Notes: generated from the letters alone by a model not told the origin. Positions 8,376 through 17,770 are shown, numbered from the stretch's first letter. The stretch: 32,000 nt of DNA from Idiomarina loihiensis L2TR (GCF_000008465.1 NC_006512.1:630001-662000); one strand, 5' to 3'. Made by a program: numbers and translations.

Positions 8376-8431
8376 GTAGCCTGACGTTTACGTCAGGAAC
8401 GATATCTCACCAGACATAAATGTCAGGCTAC
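8376..8431. repeat. Family-1 REPIN-like inverted doublet
   Basis: GTAGCCTGACGTTTACGTCAGG - AACGATATCTCA - CCAGACATAAATGTCAGGCTAC. Confidence 0.85.
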
Positions 8432-8471
8432 GAAATCGCATAGGTCCGGTGACGAAACCGCAAGTATCCGA

Positions 8472-9221
8472 TTACAACACCACCGTATTTTTATGCGGTG
8501 GGTTGGCTGCTAAGGTTGCGCGCAGGGCTTTTTCGTTACTGGGTTTTAAGTGGGTAACCCAAAGCTCGGCGGGTTGTTGTTCCAGACTATTCAGGGCGCT
8601 TTGTAGTAGGGCCGGGGTCATGTGTTTGGTTTTCTCTGCAACATGCAGTAACTCGTCGGGAAAGGCGCATTCCAGCATGAGAGTATCAATATGGCCTAAG
8701 CGGTTAAGCTGTTCGGTCAGCTGCTTGCCGGCAATGGTATCGGCGGCAAAAACAAAGTGTTTGCCCTGATTTTTTACACTGTACCCCACGGTTGGCACGC
8801 TATGCTCTACGGCAAAAGCTTTAATTTCCAGACCTTCAAGCTCTATGCACTCACCCGGGTGGATTTTTCTAAATTTTAGTATCGGCTCAGGGCCTTCGGT
8901 CATGCTGCTGAGCTCAGGCCAGATATCGCCGTTAAAAATATTGTTTTGCAGCTTTTCCAGAGTGTGAGCCTGTGCGTAAACCGTAACAGGTAAGTGCTCA
9001 CTTCCGTATTGGTTGCTTAAAAACGTCGGCAAAGCGGCAATGTGATCCATATGCGAATGGGTCAGAAACACATGTCGAACCTGGTGCATTTGCGCCAGGC
9101 TGAGTTGATTCAGACCGGTGCCGGCGTCAATCAGAATGTTATGATTGAGCTGGATGCAGGTGGAGCCGCCTTTATTGTCGCCACTGAGTCCGCCGCTGCA
9201 GCCAAGCACTTGAATATTCAC
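8472..9221 (-). CDS. MBL-fold hydrolase, probably a class-II 3',5'-cyclic-nucleotide phosphodiesterase (CpdP-like)
   Basis: 249 aa with a GTG start. N terminus is MNIQVLGCSGG. The THSHMDHIAALP motif fits the class-II PDE / metallo-beta-lactamase HxHxDH signature. Confidence 0.7.
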   Translation of the reverse strand: MNIQVLGCSGGLSGDNKGGSTCIQLNHNILIDAGTGLNQLSLAQMHQVRHVFLTHSHMDHIAALPTFLSNQYGSEHLPVTVYAQAHTLEKLQNNIFNGDIWPELSSMTEGPEPILKFRKIHPGECIELEGLEIKAFAVEHSVPTVGYSVKNQGKHFVFAADTIAGKQLTEQLNRLGHIDTLMLECAFPDELLHVAEKTKHMTPALLQSALNSLEQQPAELWVTHLKPSNEKALRATLAANPPHKNTVVL

Positions 9222-9288
9222 AATCTGTTCCCATCTTGGTTTACACTGTAGTGAAAGATTATCACATTAATACAGCCGAGGAGGCTAC

Positions 9289-9921
9289 ATGGAAAACACA
9301 CCGACGAAAAGCTCTCCCGTTATGCCGCAACTCATTATTCTGACCTTATTTTGGGTTGGTCTGCAATTGGTTGCCACCTGGGTAAAAGACGACTTTTCTC
9401 ATGTAAGCCAGTATATAAGCGAAATTAATGCCACTGGCAGTACTGCCGCTGGCGCGTTTGGCTGGGTCGGTTTTATTCCACTGGCGATGGTTTCTTTCGG
9501 TGTACTACTAACTGCGCGTCCGCATTTACGCGTTAAAGGCATTAGCCATATTGGCTGGAGTCTTCTATTTTTCTACCCTGTGGCTTACCTCGGTGCGGCA
9601 CTGGCACCTTGCGATTTAGGCTGTCCGACGGATGGTTCCAGTTCACAGGCATTACATAATGTTATTAGCATGGTCAGTTACTTCGGTTTTGCTCTGGGTG
9701 CTCTTTTACTGACTTTTACGCCGAAAACCACCTGGCCGGTGCGCTGTGCTTTTGTTCTTTTGTCGGTGATTATCGCCTTAGGTTTTGTGCTAATGATTAA
9801 CCCCGAATTGGCAGAAGTACGCGGCGCGATACAGCGTTATATTGGCGTGGCACAACTGGTGGTTTTCTGGCTGCTGTTGTGGCTTAAACCGGCAGAAGCC
9901 GACGGAGGCAGTAATGAGTAA
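9289..9921 (+). CDS. Polytopic inner-membrane protein, DUF998-like
   Basis: 210 aa with about six hydrophobic helices. ISEINATGS and CDLGCP motifs are as I recall for DUF998. A strong SD (GAGGAGG) precedes ATG 9289. The 3' end overlaps the copA start by 8 nt. Confidence 0.6.
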   Translation: MENTPTKSSPVMPQLIILTLFWVGLQLVATWVKDDFSHVSQYISEINATGSTAAGAFGWVGFIPLAMVSFGVLLTARPHLRVKGISHIGWSLLFFYPVAYLGAALAPCDLGCPTDGSSSQALHNVISMVSYFGFALGALLLTFTPKTTWPVRCAFVLLSVIIALGFVLMINPELAEVRGAIQRYIGVAQLVVFWLLLWLKPAEADGGSNE

Positions 9922-12163
9922 ATCTGTTCGTTTAAGTGTGGAAGGCATGAGCTGTGGCTCATGCGCGAGTCGTGTCGACAAGGCATTAAATGGCTTAGAC
10001 GGCGTTGAAGATGCTTCGGTTAACCTGGCGTCGGACAGTGCTGAAGTAACTTATTCTGAAAAGCTGTCGGTGGATGACTTAGTTCAGGCGGTGAAAAATG
10101 CGGGCTACGAGGCGCATGAGGTTGTTGATCGCGACAAGCAAATGCGTGAGCAGCGTGAGCAACAGGCAAAGGAAATGCGTACGTTAAAAGGCCAGTTATG
10201 GCTTTCGACTTTGCTGACGTTGCCGGTGTTCATACTGGCCATGGGTAACCATATGGTGCCGGTGTTTTCCGAGTGGGTACATAACTCACTGGGTTTACAA
10301 ACCAGCTGGTGGATACAGTTAGTGCTTACTACCCTGGTATTGGCGGTTCCCGGCGCTCGCTTTTATAAATTGGGAGTTCCTGCGCTATTCCGGGGCGCAC
10401 CGGATATGAACTCTTTGGTTGCACTGGGCGCTACGGCGGCCTGGGGCTATTCGGTGGTGGCAACGGTTTTCCCAACCTGGTTACCAAGTGAGTCAGTGAA
10501 CGTTTACTTTGAAGCTTCAGCCGTTATTGTCACGCTGATTCTGGCTGGACGTTTCATGGAAGCACGGGCTAAAAGCCACACCTCGGACGCGATTCAGCGA
10601 CTGATGAGTCTGCAAAGCAAAACCGCACGTGTGGTGCGGGACGGTGATGTGACCGAAGTCGATATTGCTGAACTGGGTAAAGGCGATGAAATTGAAGTAC
10701 GTCCGGGTGAACGTATTGCCCTGGATGGCGAAGTGTCTTCCGGCGACAGTTATGTCAATGAGGCTATGATAACCGGCGAAGCCGAGTCGGTGCATAAGCA
10801 AAAAGAAGACAAAGTTGTTGGAGGAACGCTGAACGAAAAAGGCACTCTGCGTTTTAAAGTGACGGCAACCGGCGAGGGAACCGTGCTGGCGCAGATCATC
10901 CGTATGGTTGAGCAGGCGCAGGGCAGTAAGTTACCGATTCAGGACACGGTGAACCGCATTACCTTGTGGTTTGTTCCTGCAGTTATGCTGGTGGCCTTGC
11001 TGACCTTTGTGGTGTGGTACTTTGCGGCGAGTGAGTCAGCACTTACTTTTGCGTTGGTTAATGCCGTCGCGGTTTTGATTATTGCCTGCCCTTGTGCCAT
11101 GGGACTGGCGACGCCAACCTCAATTATGGTGGGTACCGGCCGCGGTGCGGAAATGGGCGTGTTATTCCGTCAGGGCAGTGCTTTGCAGGCGTTACAGCAG
11201 TCTAAAGGCGTTATCTTTGATAAAACAGGTACGCTGACCGAAGGCAAACCGACTATTACCGAGTGGATGACCCTAAGCGAGTTTGACGAAAAAGAGGTGC
11301 TGACATTAGCGGCTTCGATTGAAGCTAAATCCGAGCATCCTACAGCAGAAGCTTTGGTGAATTACGCCAAAGAACAGGACATTAAAGTCAGCGAGCCTGA
11401 GAGCTTTGAGGCTATTTCAGGTTTGGGTGCCACGGGTAAAGTAGACAGTAAAACACTATACATTGGTACTAGCGAGCTAATGCGGGACAACGATATTGGA
11501 CTGGATGCTGAGCCTGCGGATGCTAAAACATGGTCAGAGGGTGGACGCACCCCGATTTATGTCGCAATCGACGGTAAGCTGGCGGCTGTATTTACTCAGG
11601 ATGACCCGATAAAAGCCAGTGCCAAAGAATTGATTAAGCGCCTGCACGCCGACGGCCTCAAAACCGCCATGGTAACCGGTGACGCTGAGTCTACCGCAAA
11701 ACGCATTGCCAAGGAGTTGGGTATTGACGAAGTGGTTGCCAATGTAAAACCCGATGGCAAAGTGGATGCCGTTAAGCGCCTGAAAAAACAATGGGGGCAG
11801 GTCATATTTGTGGGTGACGGTATAAACGACGCACCGGCACTGGCCTCTGCAGACGTAGGTTTTGCTATTGGCACCGGTACGGATGTGGCTATTGAATCTG
11901 CCGATGTGGTGCTGATGTCGGACAACCTGACTGTTGTGCAACAGGCTTTTGCGTTGTCTGAAGCCACCATGCGCAACATTCGCCAGAATTTATTCTGGGC
12001 TTTTGCTTATAATACCGCGCTAATTCCTGTTGCCGCAGGCGTACTGTATCCGTTTTTCGGTATTTTGCTGTCGCCAATGCTGGCCGCGGGTGCCATGGCA
12101 TTGTCCAGTGTGTTCGTGATAACTAACGCGCTGCGCCTTAAAACTGTAAATTTGGAAAAGTAA
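9914..12163 (+). CDS. copA: Copper-translocating P1B-type ATPase
   Basis: ATG at 9914 (MSKSVRLSVEGMSCGSCASRV, a CxxC metal-binding domain) is preceded by GGAGG. It carries CPC (IACPCAMGLATP), DKTGTLT and GDGINDAP motifs. The ORF-track start at 9842 is an unlikely N-terminal extension. Confidence 0.95.
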   Translation: MSKSVRLSVEGMSCGSCASRVDKALNGLDGVEDASVNLASDSAEVTYSEKLSVDDLVQAVKNAGYEAHEVVDRDKQMREQREQQAKEMRTLKGQLWLSTLLTLPVFILAMGNHMVPVFSEWVHNSLGLQTSWWIQLVLTTLVLAVPGARFYKLGVPALFRGAPDMNSLVALGATAAWGYSVVATVFPTWLPSESVNVYFEASAVIVTLILAGRFMEARAKSHTSDAIQRLMSLQSKTARVVRDGDVTEVDIAELGKGDEIEVRPGERIALDGEVSSGDSYVNEAMITGEAESVHKQKEDKVVGGTLNEKGTLRFKVTATGEGTVLAQIIRMVEQAQGSKLPIQDTVNRITLWFVPAVMLVALLTFVVWYFAASESALTFALVNAVAVLIIACPCAMGLATPTSIMVGTGRGAEMGVLFRQGSALQALQQSKGVIFDKTGTLTEGKPTITEWMTLSEFDEKEVLTLAASIEAKSEHPTAEALVNYAKEQDIKVSEPESFEAISGLGATGKVDSKTLYIGTSELMRDNDIGLDAEPADAKTWSEGGRTPIYVAIDGKLAAVFTQDDPIKASAKELIKRLHADGLKTAMVTGDAESTAKRIAKELGIDEVVANVKPDGKVDAVKRLKKQWGQVIFVGDGINDAPALASADVGFAIGTGTDVAIESADVVLMSDNLTVVQQAFALSEATMRNIRQNLFWAFAYNTALIPVAAGVLYPFFGILLSPMLAAGAMALSSVFVITNALRLKTVNLEK

Positions 12164-12183
12164 ACTGCAAGGAATAGACGGGC

Positions 12184-12930
12184 ATGAAAGTCGGAGTTTT
12201 TGATAGCGGTGTCGGTGGTTTAACTGTGGCGCGGTCACTACAACAAAGTGGTTGTTTCAGCGAGCTGCTGTATTACGGAGACACAGCCCGGGTGCCTTAC
12301 GGTAGCAAGGACAGCAATACCGTTACGCGCTATGCGCTGGAGGCGGTAGAGTTTTTTAACGGTGCCGATGTGGATTGTCTGGTAGTGGCCTGCAATACCG
12401 TCAGTGTGACCGCTCTGGAGCAAATGCAGAAGTTTTCCAATAAACCGGTGTACGGCGTGCTGGAACCCGGTGTCATGGCGTTGGAACAACTGCAGGGTAT
12501 TGATACCAGCGCCCAGGTGTTAGTTATAGCCACTCGCTCGACGATAAACTCCGGTGCTTATCAGCAGCAGATACAGGCTTTAGGTTACAACCAGGTAAAC
12601 GCTATGGCCACGCCGTTGTTTGTGCCTATTGTCGAAGAAGAGTTGTACGACGGCCCGATACTGCAGGAAACCTTTAAGCATTATTTTGGCAAGCTTGAAA
12701 AGCCCGACGTGGTGCTGCTGGGTTGTACGCATTTTCCGCTAATTGCCGAGAGCATTTCTGCGTATTTCAATGGTGCAAAAACCATTCATTCCGGCGAAGC
12801 CATGCTGGCCTGGCTAAAACAACATCTGGACTTAAGCGCCCAGTTTGACCGCACACCACTGCACATCATAGCCACCGAAAATGTCGACGCCGTCAAACGC
12901 ACCGCCACCCGCTGGGGCCTGAAGCTCTAG
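12184..12930 (+). CDS. murI: Glutamate racemase
   Basis: 248 aa with the motifs VFDSGVGGLTV, VVACNTVS and LGCTHFPLI. It starts only 20 nt after copA. Confidence 0.92.
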   Translation: MKVGVFDSGVGGLTVARSLQQSGCFSELLYYGDTARVPYGSKDSNTVTRYALEAVEFFNGADVDCLVVACNTVSVTALEQMQKFSNKPVYGVLEPGVMALEQLQGIDTSAQVLVIATRSTINSGAYQQQIQALGYNQVNAMATPLFVPIVEEELYDGPILQETFKHYFGKLEKPDVVLLGCTHFPLIAESISAYFNGAKTIHSGEAMLAWLKQHLDLSAQFDRTPLHIIATENVDAVKRTATRWGLKL

Positions 12931-12944
12931 CGTCACCGAACGAG

Positions 12945-13140
12945 TGCTGAGGTTACTAAGGCTCTTACGGAGGCCGCCCGCAAGTACGTCCCTGTAGGGC
13001 TTGAGCAGCGCCATCCATGGCGCTGCACACCTCCGTAAGAGCCTTAGTAACCGTCGGTGCACTCATCCGGCGAGTTTTATCAGTTCCATGGCCTTCGTCA
13101 AGCGTTCATGGATGAACTTGCAGCGTCTCCTGAAGCCCGG
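12945..13140. repeat. Family-2 modular palindromic repeat, copy 2, with a perfect 23-bp outer stem
   Basis: GGTTACTAAGGCTCTTACGGAGG (12951-12973) pairs perfectly with CCTCCGTAAGAGCCTTAGTAACC (13030-13052). The stem encloses CCCT-GT-AGGG and GCAGCGCCAT-CC-ATGGCGCTGC (13005-13026). A further inverted partial unit lies at 13087-13136. Confidence 0.8.
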
Positions 13141-13267
13141 GTTCTGTTATCTCAGCCGAATTACCTACCAGCCCTGCTTCCCCTGCTCTGAGCCAGCTGG
13201 AATAGCAACTAGCGTGATGTTGATGTTATGATATTCGTATTACTTTTGCTTTCAGGAGTTTGTACTT

Positions 13268-14956
13268 ATGCCGCAGACGCAGCGTCCGCTTTATATTCCG
13301 TATTCTGGCCCTAATTTGTTGGAAACCCCTTTATTGAATAAGGGCAGTGCCTTCAGTAAGGAAGAGCGTGCCGCGTTTAACCTGACGGGTTTGTTGCCGC
13401 CTCGTTATGAGAGCATTGAAGAGCAGGCAGAACGGGCTTACATGCAATACCGGAGCTTTGAAACGCCCATTAACAAGCATATTTATCTGCGCGCTATTCA
13501 GGACAACAACGAAACTCTGTTCTATCGCTTGCTGACGGATCATCTGGAAGAGATGATGCCGATTATCTACACCCCGACTGTGGGTGATGCCTGTGAGAAA
13601 TTCTCAGACATTTACCGCAGCTCACGTGGTTTGTTTATTTCCTATTCTGAACGTGATCAGATAGACGATATTCTGCGCAATGCCACTAAGCAAAAAGTGA
13701 AAGTGATTGTCGTGACCGACGGCGAACGTATTCTGGGCTTGGGTGATCAGGGTATTGGTGGCATGGGTATTCCTATCGGAAAACTGTCGCTGTACACCGC
13801 TTGCGGCGGCATTAGTCCTGCCTATACGCTGCCAGTAATGCTGGATGTTGGTACCAATAACGAAAAGCTTCTGGAAGACCCAATGTATATGGGAGCTCGC
13901 CATAAGCGCATTGAGCAGGACGAGTATGATGAATTCCTCGACAAATTTATAAAAGCGGTGACCAGACGCTGGCCGGGCGTGATGCTGCAGTTTGAGGACT
14001 TTGCTCAACCTAACGCCATGCCTTTATTGCGTCGTTACCGTGATGAAGTTTGCTGTTTTAATGACGACATTCAGGGCACCGCGTCTGTGACGGTGGGCAC
14101 CTTACTGGCAGCTTGTCGCCAGAAAGGCAAAAAGCTTAGTGAACAGAAGGTGGTGTTTGTTGGTGCTGGGTCTGCGGGCTGCGGTATTGCAGAACAGATT
14201 ATGATTCAGATGACCGCCGAAGGTTTAACGGAAGAGCAGGCGAAGAGACAAATCTTTATGGTCGATCGCTTTGGTCTGGTTATGGATACCATGGATGGCC
14301 TGCGTGACTTCCAGCAGGCGCTGGCGCAGAAAACCAGCGATTTAAACGCCTGGGAATACAGTGGTGAGTACCCGTCGCTGCTGGATGTGATGCATTGTGC
14401 TGAGCCTGACATTTTAATTGGTGTGTCTGGTCAGGCGGGGCTCTTTACCGAGCAAGTTATTTCGACCATGGCAAAAAATGTCGAGCGTCCCATTATTTTC
14501 CCATTGAGTAACCCCTCTAAACATGTGGAAGCGCACCCAGCGGATGTACTGAAGTGGAGTGAAGGTAAAGCCATTGTCGCAACCGGAAGCCCTTTTGGTG
14601 AAGTAGAATATGATGGTCGTATATACCCAATAGCGCAGTGTAACAACAGTTATATCTTCCCGGGCATTGGTCTTGGGGTGTTATCGGTTAAATCCGAACG
14701 CGTTAGTGATGAAATGCTGCGTGTAGCAAGTAAGACACTGGCGAATGCGTCACCCAGCGCTAATGGTAAAGGTGAAGCCTTGTTGCCAGCCTTTAATGAC
14801 TTAACTCAGTTAAGCAAAGATATTGCTTTTGCTGTGGGCAAAGTGGCTCAACAGGAAGGTTTAGCACTGGAAATTGATGACGACACGCTGCGTGAGCGCA
14901 TCGACAACAATTTCTGGAAACCCGAATACCGCTTCTACAAACGCGTAAGTATTTAA
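13268..14956 (+). CDS. maeA: NAD-dependent malic enzyme
   Basis: 562 aa. The N terminus [34 protein letters not shown] is characteristic of MaeA/SfcA, and the Rossmann [10 protein letters not shown] motif is present. AGGAG precedes the ATG. Confidence 0.95.
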   Translation: MPQTQRPLYIPYSGPNLLETPLLNKGSAFSKEERAAFNLTGLLPPRYESIEEQAERAYMQYRSFETPINKHIYLRAIQDNNETLFYRLLTDHLEEMMPIIYTPTVGDACEKFSDIYRSSRGLFISYSERDQIDDILRNATKQKVKVIVVTDGERILGLGDQGIGGMGIPIGKLSLYTACGGISPAYTLPVMLDVGTNNEKLLEDPMYMGARHKRIEQDEYDEFLDKFIKAVTRRWPGVMLQFEDFAQPNAMPLLRRYRDEVCCFNDDIQGTASVTVGTLLAACRQKGKKLSEQKVVFVGAGSAGCGIAEQIMIQMTAEGLTEEQAKRQIFMVDRFGLVMDTMDGLRDFQQALAQKTSDLNAWEYSGEYPSLLDVMHCAEPDILIGVSGQAGLFTEQVISTMAKNVERPIIFPLSNPSKHVEAHPADVLKWSEGKAIVATGSPFGEVEYDGRIYPIAQCNNSYIFPGIGLGVLSVKSERVSDEMLRVASKTLANASPSANGKGEALLPAFNDLTQLSKDIAFAVGKVAQQEGLALEIDDDTLRERIDNNFWKPEYRFYKRVSI

Positions 14957-16104
14957 GAATGCGCTAAATCGATGGCCTGCTGTAAATCGTTCAGCAGGTC
15001 ATCGGCGTTTTCAATGCCTACCGATAAACGCAATAAATCCAACGGTACCGGTGTGTCTGGTCCTTCAATGCTGGCGCGATGCTCAATCAGACTTTCTACG
15101 CCGCCTAATGATGTAGCGCGGTGCCAGAGCTGAGTTTTTGCGGCAACGGCAATTGCAGCTTTTTCGCCACCGGCTAAGCGAATAGACAGCATACCGCCGA
15201 AACCGCCCTGCATTTGCTTAACGGCTATCTCGTGGCCGACAAAACTTTTCAGGCCGGGATACAATACTTCAATAACCTGTGGGTGCTGCTCCAGTTGCTC
15301 GGCAATATATAAGGCACTTTGGCAACTTTCCCGTACCCTTAAAAATAACGTGCGCATGCCACGCAAGAGTTGTGCTGCGTCTTGTGGCCCCGGTACGGCT
15401 CCGGACTGGGCTCGAATAGCCACTAAGCGTTGCCAGAACGCGTTATCTTCACGAGCCGCCAGTGCGCCTGAAATGACATCGGAGTGGCCGTTAAGGTATT
15501 TGGTGGCGGAGTGCATAACAATATCGGCGCCAAGATCCAGTGGCTTGGTCAGCAGGGGGGTTGCCACTGTGGAATCTATTGCAAGCAGAGATCCGCAATT
15601 GCGAGCCATATCAGCTACGGCGGCAATATCAGTTACTGTCCACAGAGGGTTACCCGGCGTTTCCAGCCAAATAAGCGTAGGTTGTCTTTCAGCAATAGCG
15701 TCGCGTAATTCATTTAAATTGGTGGTATCCACAAACCGAACATCCAGCCCGCTATCGACGCCAAAAGTTTGCAGCCATTTGCGCAAAGCCCAGTACATCA
15801 CTTTTGGCGCAATGACCTTATCGCCGGGTTTTAATGCCTGAAAAACGGCGGTAGCGGCAGCCATGCCCGAGGCGAACAGGCGTGCATCTGCCGCATTTTC
15901 TAACTCTGCTAATAGCTTTTCGGCAGGACGATAAGTGGGATTGTCAGCCCTTGAATACACCCGTCCGCTGCGATATTGATTGTCGTCATCACGCAGATAA
16001 GTCGTTGATGTGTATACTGGAGGGATAATTACTCCATTTTCGTTGTCAGAGTGACTACCACCCTGAGCAAGGAGTGATTGCGGCGAAAAAGGACGTTTCG
16101 TCAT
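14953..16104 (-). CDS. Cys/Met-metabolism PLP-dependent enzyme (cystathionine gamma-synthase/lyase family)
   Basis: Contains the PLP-lysine motif [18 protein letters not shown] prefer the ATG at 16104 ([11 protein letters not shown]..) over the track start at 16143. The exact reaction cannot be assigned from sequence alone. Confidence 0.85.
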   Translation of the reverse strand: MTKRPFSPQSLLAQGGSHSDNENGVIIPPVYTSTTYLRDDDNQYRSGRVYSRADNPTYRPAEKLLAELENAADARLFASGMAAATAVFQALKPGDKVIAPKVMYWALRKWLQTFGVDSGLDVRFVDTTNLNELRDAIAERQPTLIWLETPGNPLWTVTDIAAVADMARNCGSLLAIDSTVATPLLTKPLDLGADIVMHSATKYLNGHSDVISGALAAREDNAFWQRLVAIRAQSGAVPGPQDAAQLLRGMRTLFLRVRESCQSALYIAEQLEQHPQVIEVLYPGLKSFVGHEIAVKQMQGGFGGMLSIRLAGGEKAAIAVAAKTQLWHRATSLGGVESLIEHRASIEGPDTPVPLDLLRLSVGIENADDLLNDLQQAIDLAHS

Positions 16105-16189
16105 ATAAATTCTCGTTAAAGTAATCTCAATGCGAGATATCACGTATATAAGAAAGGAATCATTTCATACTAACCGAAGAGGTATTGCA

Positions 16190-16639
16190 ATGCGTTACAT
16201 AATTTCCGCACTACTAGGCTCTATGTTGTTTGTCGCAAACGCCGCGCAGGCTAACGAATGTGAGCTATCCATAGATGGCAATGACAACATGAGATTTGAT
16301 ACAAAAGAGATGTCCGTACCGGCTAGCTGTGACGAAGTAACAGTAACCTTACATCACACAGGTAAACTGGATAAAAAAGTCATGGGTCACAACTGGGTAC
16401 TGAGTGAAGCTGGTGATATGCAGTCTGTTGTACAACAAGGTATGTCAGCGGGTATGGATAACAACTATGTACCAGATTCTGATGCTGTAATTGCTGCAAC
16501 TGACGTTATTGGTGGTGGTGAAGAAACGTCAGTGACGTTTTCTACAGAAGGCATGAGTGCAGATACAGATTATAAATTCTTCTGCACCTTCCCTGGCCAC
16601 TCAGCAATTATGCAAGGCAGCTTTGCGATTAAAGAGTAA
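16190..16639 (+). CDS. azu: Azurin (type-1 blue copper protein) precursor
   Basis: Starts MRYIISALLGSMLFVANAAQA (signal peptide) from ATG 16190. The mature part is collinear with Pseudomonas azurin (EC.LSI.GND.M.F, VMGHNWVLS, FFCTFPGHSAIM), and the Cu ligands His/Cys/His/Met are present. Confidence 0.9.
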   Translation: MRYIISALLGSMLFVANAAQANECELSIDGNDNMRFDTKEMSVPASCDEVTVTLHHTGKLDKKVMGHNWVLSEAGDMQSVVQQGMSAGMDNNYVPDSDAVIAATDVIGGGEETSVTFSTEGMSADTDYKFFCTFPGHSAIMQGSFAIKE

Positions 16640-16679
16640 TTTTCGCAACATTGCTTAACCGCAAATTGACTAGTAATAA

Positions 16680-16707
16680 CTGCAGCCTACGTGGCTGCAG
16701 TTTTTTT
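16680..16707 (+). terminator. Rho-independent terminator after azurin
   Basis: CTGCAGCC - TACGT - GGCTGCAG followed by TTTTTTT. Confidence 0.8.
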
Positions 16708-16726
16708 GGAGCTCCATTTGACCGTT

Positions 16727-17770
16727 ATGAAGTTTTTACTCATTACCTTAGTGTTTTTGTTCTCGCTACAAAGTGAAACGAGCCGGGCACAACAATTTGG
16801 CTCACGCGAAGCGCTGGTTTTAGCGCAACAAGTGACTTTTGAGCGTGAACGTAACCGGGTAGAAGCAGTTGGTACGGCCGAAGCTGTGCGCTCCATTACC
16901 ATTTACCCTGCTGTTGGCGACAGAGTCGTCGCGGTAAATTTTAATCCTGGCGACAAAGTTGAGAAAGACGAACTATTGGTCGAGCTGGATGCCCGTCGTC
17001 AGCAAGTGGCAGTAGAACAGGCACAAATTAACTTACGCGATGCAGAACGTACGGTAGAACGTTTACGGACTAGTCGCGAACAGGGGGCTGTGCCCCAGTC
17101 TGAGCTAGACAACGCTATTTTATTAAGAGATTTAGCACGAGTAGAACTGGATAACGCCAAAATTGAACTGGAAGACCGTTTTATCCGTGCGCCTTTTACC
17201 GGAATTATTGGTATTACTGACGTTGAAGTTGGTGACCGAATTGATCAACAAACCGCGATTGCGACCTTAGATGATCGCTCTACTTTATTAATTGATTTTC
17301 GTATTCCTGAAGCGGCCGTTTCTTTGCTGCAAGACGGTGCTGAATTAAAAGTACAACCCTGGCGGTATTCCGGGAAACCAGTTATTGCTGAAATTATTGA
17401 ACTCGATTCACGAATTAATGCCACCAGCCGCATGTACCGGGCGCGCGCTAAAATTAATAACGACAGCGACGACTTTTTGCCTGGAACCAGCTTTAGAACG
17501 GCTATAGAGCTTGCCGGTGAAGAGTTCGCTTCAATACCCGAAGCGGCATTGTCCTGGGGGGTTAATAATCCTTTCGTCTGGGTTGTTGAAGACGGCAAAG
17601 CACACCGTATTGATGTCCAGATAGAGCAGCGCTTAGCAGGCCGTGTTTTAGTTTCAGGAGACATTCAACGCGATGATTTACTGATAGTTGAAGGGGTACA
17701 AAGTTTGCGTGAGGGTCAGCCTGTGACTTTTGATCGGGCAACGCTCGATACGCAAGAGGCCGTTGAATAA
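16727..17770 (+). CDS. RND efflux periplasmic adaptor (membrane fusion protein)
   Basis: Starts at ATG 16727 (MKFLLITLVFLFSLQS..). It has coiled-coil and lipoyl-like motifs typical of the HlyD/AcrA family (IRAPFTGIIG). Its stop overlaps the start of the pump gene. Confidence 0.88.
   Translation: MKFLLITLVFLFSLQSETSRAQQFGSREALVLAQQVTFERERNRVEAVGTAEAVRSITIYPAVGDRVVAVNFNPGDKVEKDELLVELDARRQQVAVEQAQINLRDAERTVERLRTSREQGAVPQSELDNAILLRDLARVELDNAKIELEDRFIRAPFTGIIGITDVEVGDRIDQQTAIATLDDRSTLLIDFRIPEAAVSLLQDGAELKVQPWRYSGKPVIAEIIELDSRINATSRMYRARAKINNDSDDFLPGTSFRTAIELAGEEFASIPEAALSWGVNNPFVWVVEDGKAHRIDVQIEQRLAGRVLVSGDIQRDDLLIVEGVQSLREGQPVTFDRATLDTQEAVE

Noticed and set aside
2609-8431. Possibility that the recurring 22-nt palindromic units are a CRISPR array.
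   Set aside because: The copies are kilobases apart, occur as inverted doublets with a fixed 12-nt spacer, have no regular repeat-spacer periodicity, and there are no cas genes.
8449-8769. 106-aa plus-strand ORF opposite the phosphodiesterase gene.
   Set aside because: It is antisense to a well-supported MBL-fold gene. Its translation is Cys/Ser-rich with no start signals.
9842-9913. N-terminal extensions in the ORF track: copA from 9842, LysR to 27104, azurin from 16130, adaptor from 16691, PLP enzyme to 16143, purL from 3550, protease from 32, antitoxin to 8101, toxin to 8294, kinase to 22748.
   Set aside because: For most of these genes an internal start gives a canonical N terminus (signal peptide, wHTH, CxxC domain, MEIYRG) and usually has a better SD. 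The extensions overlap neighbouring genes or promoters, or start at TTG/GTG with no SD.
12342-12353. RfaH ops-like core GGCGGTAG (GGCGGTAGAGTT) on the sense strand inside murI. A second GGCGGTAG lies at 15847-15854, antisense to the PLP-enzyme gene.
   Set aside because: An 8-mer is expected about once by chance in 2 x 32 kb. Both hits are inside coding sequence rather than in a 5' leader, the second lacks T at position 11, and neither precedes a long operon.
13001-13231. 76-aa ORF in the murI-maeA spacer, and the 12832..13062 ORF on the other strand.
   Set aside because: Both are read through the family-2 palindromic repeat. The same repeat in the opposite orientation at 7453-7636 has no matching ORF, so they are artefacts of the repeat sequence.
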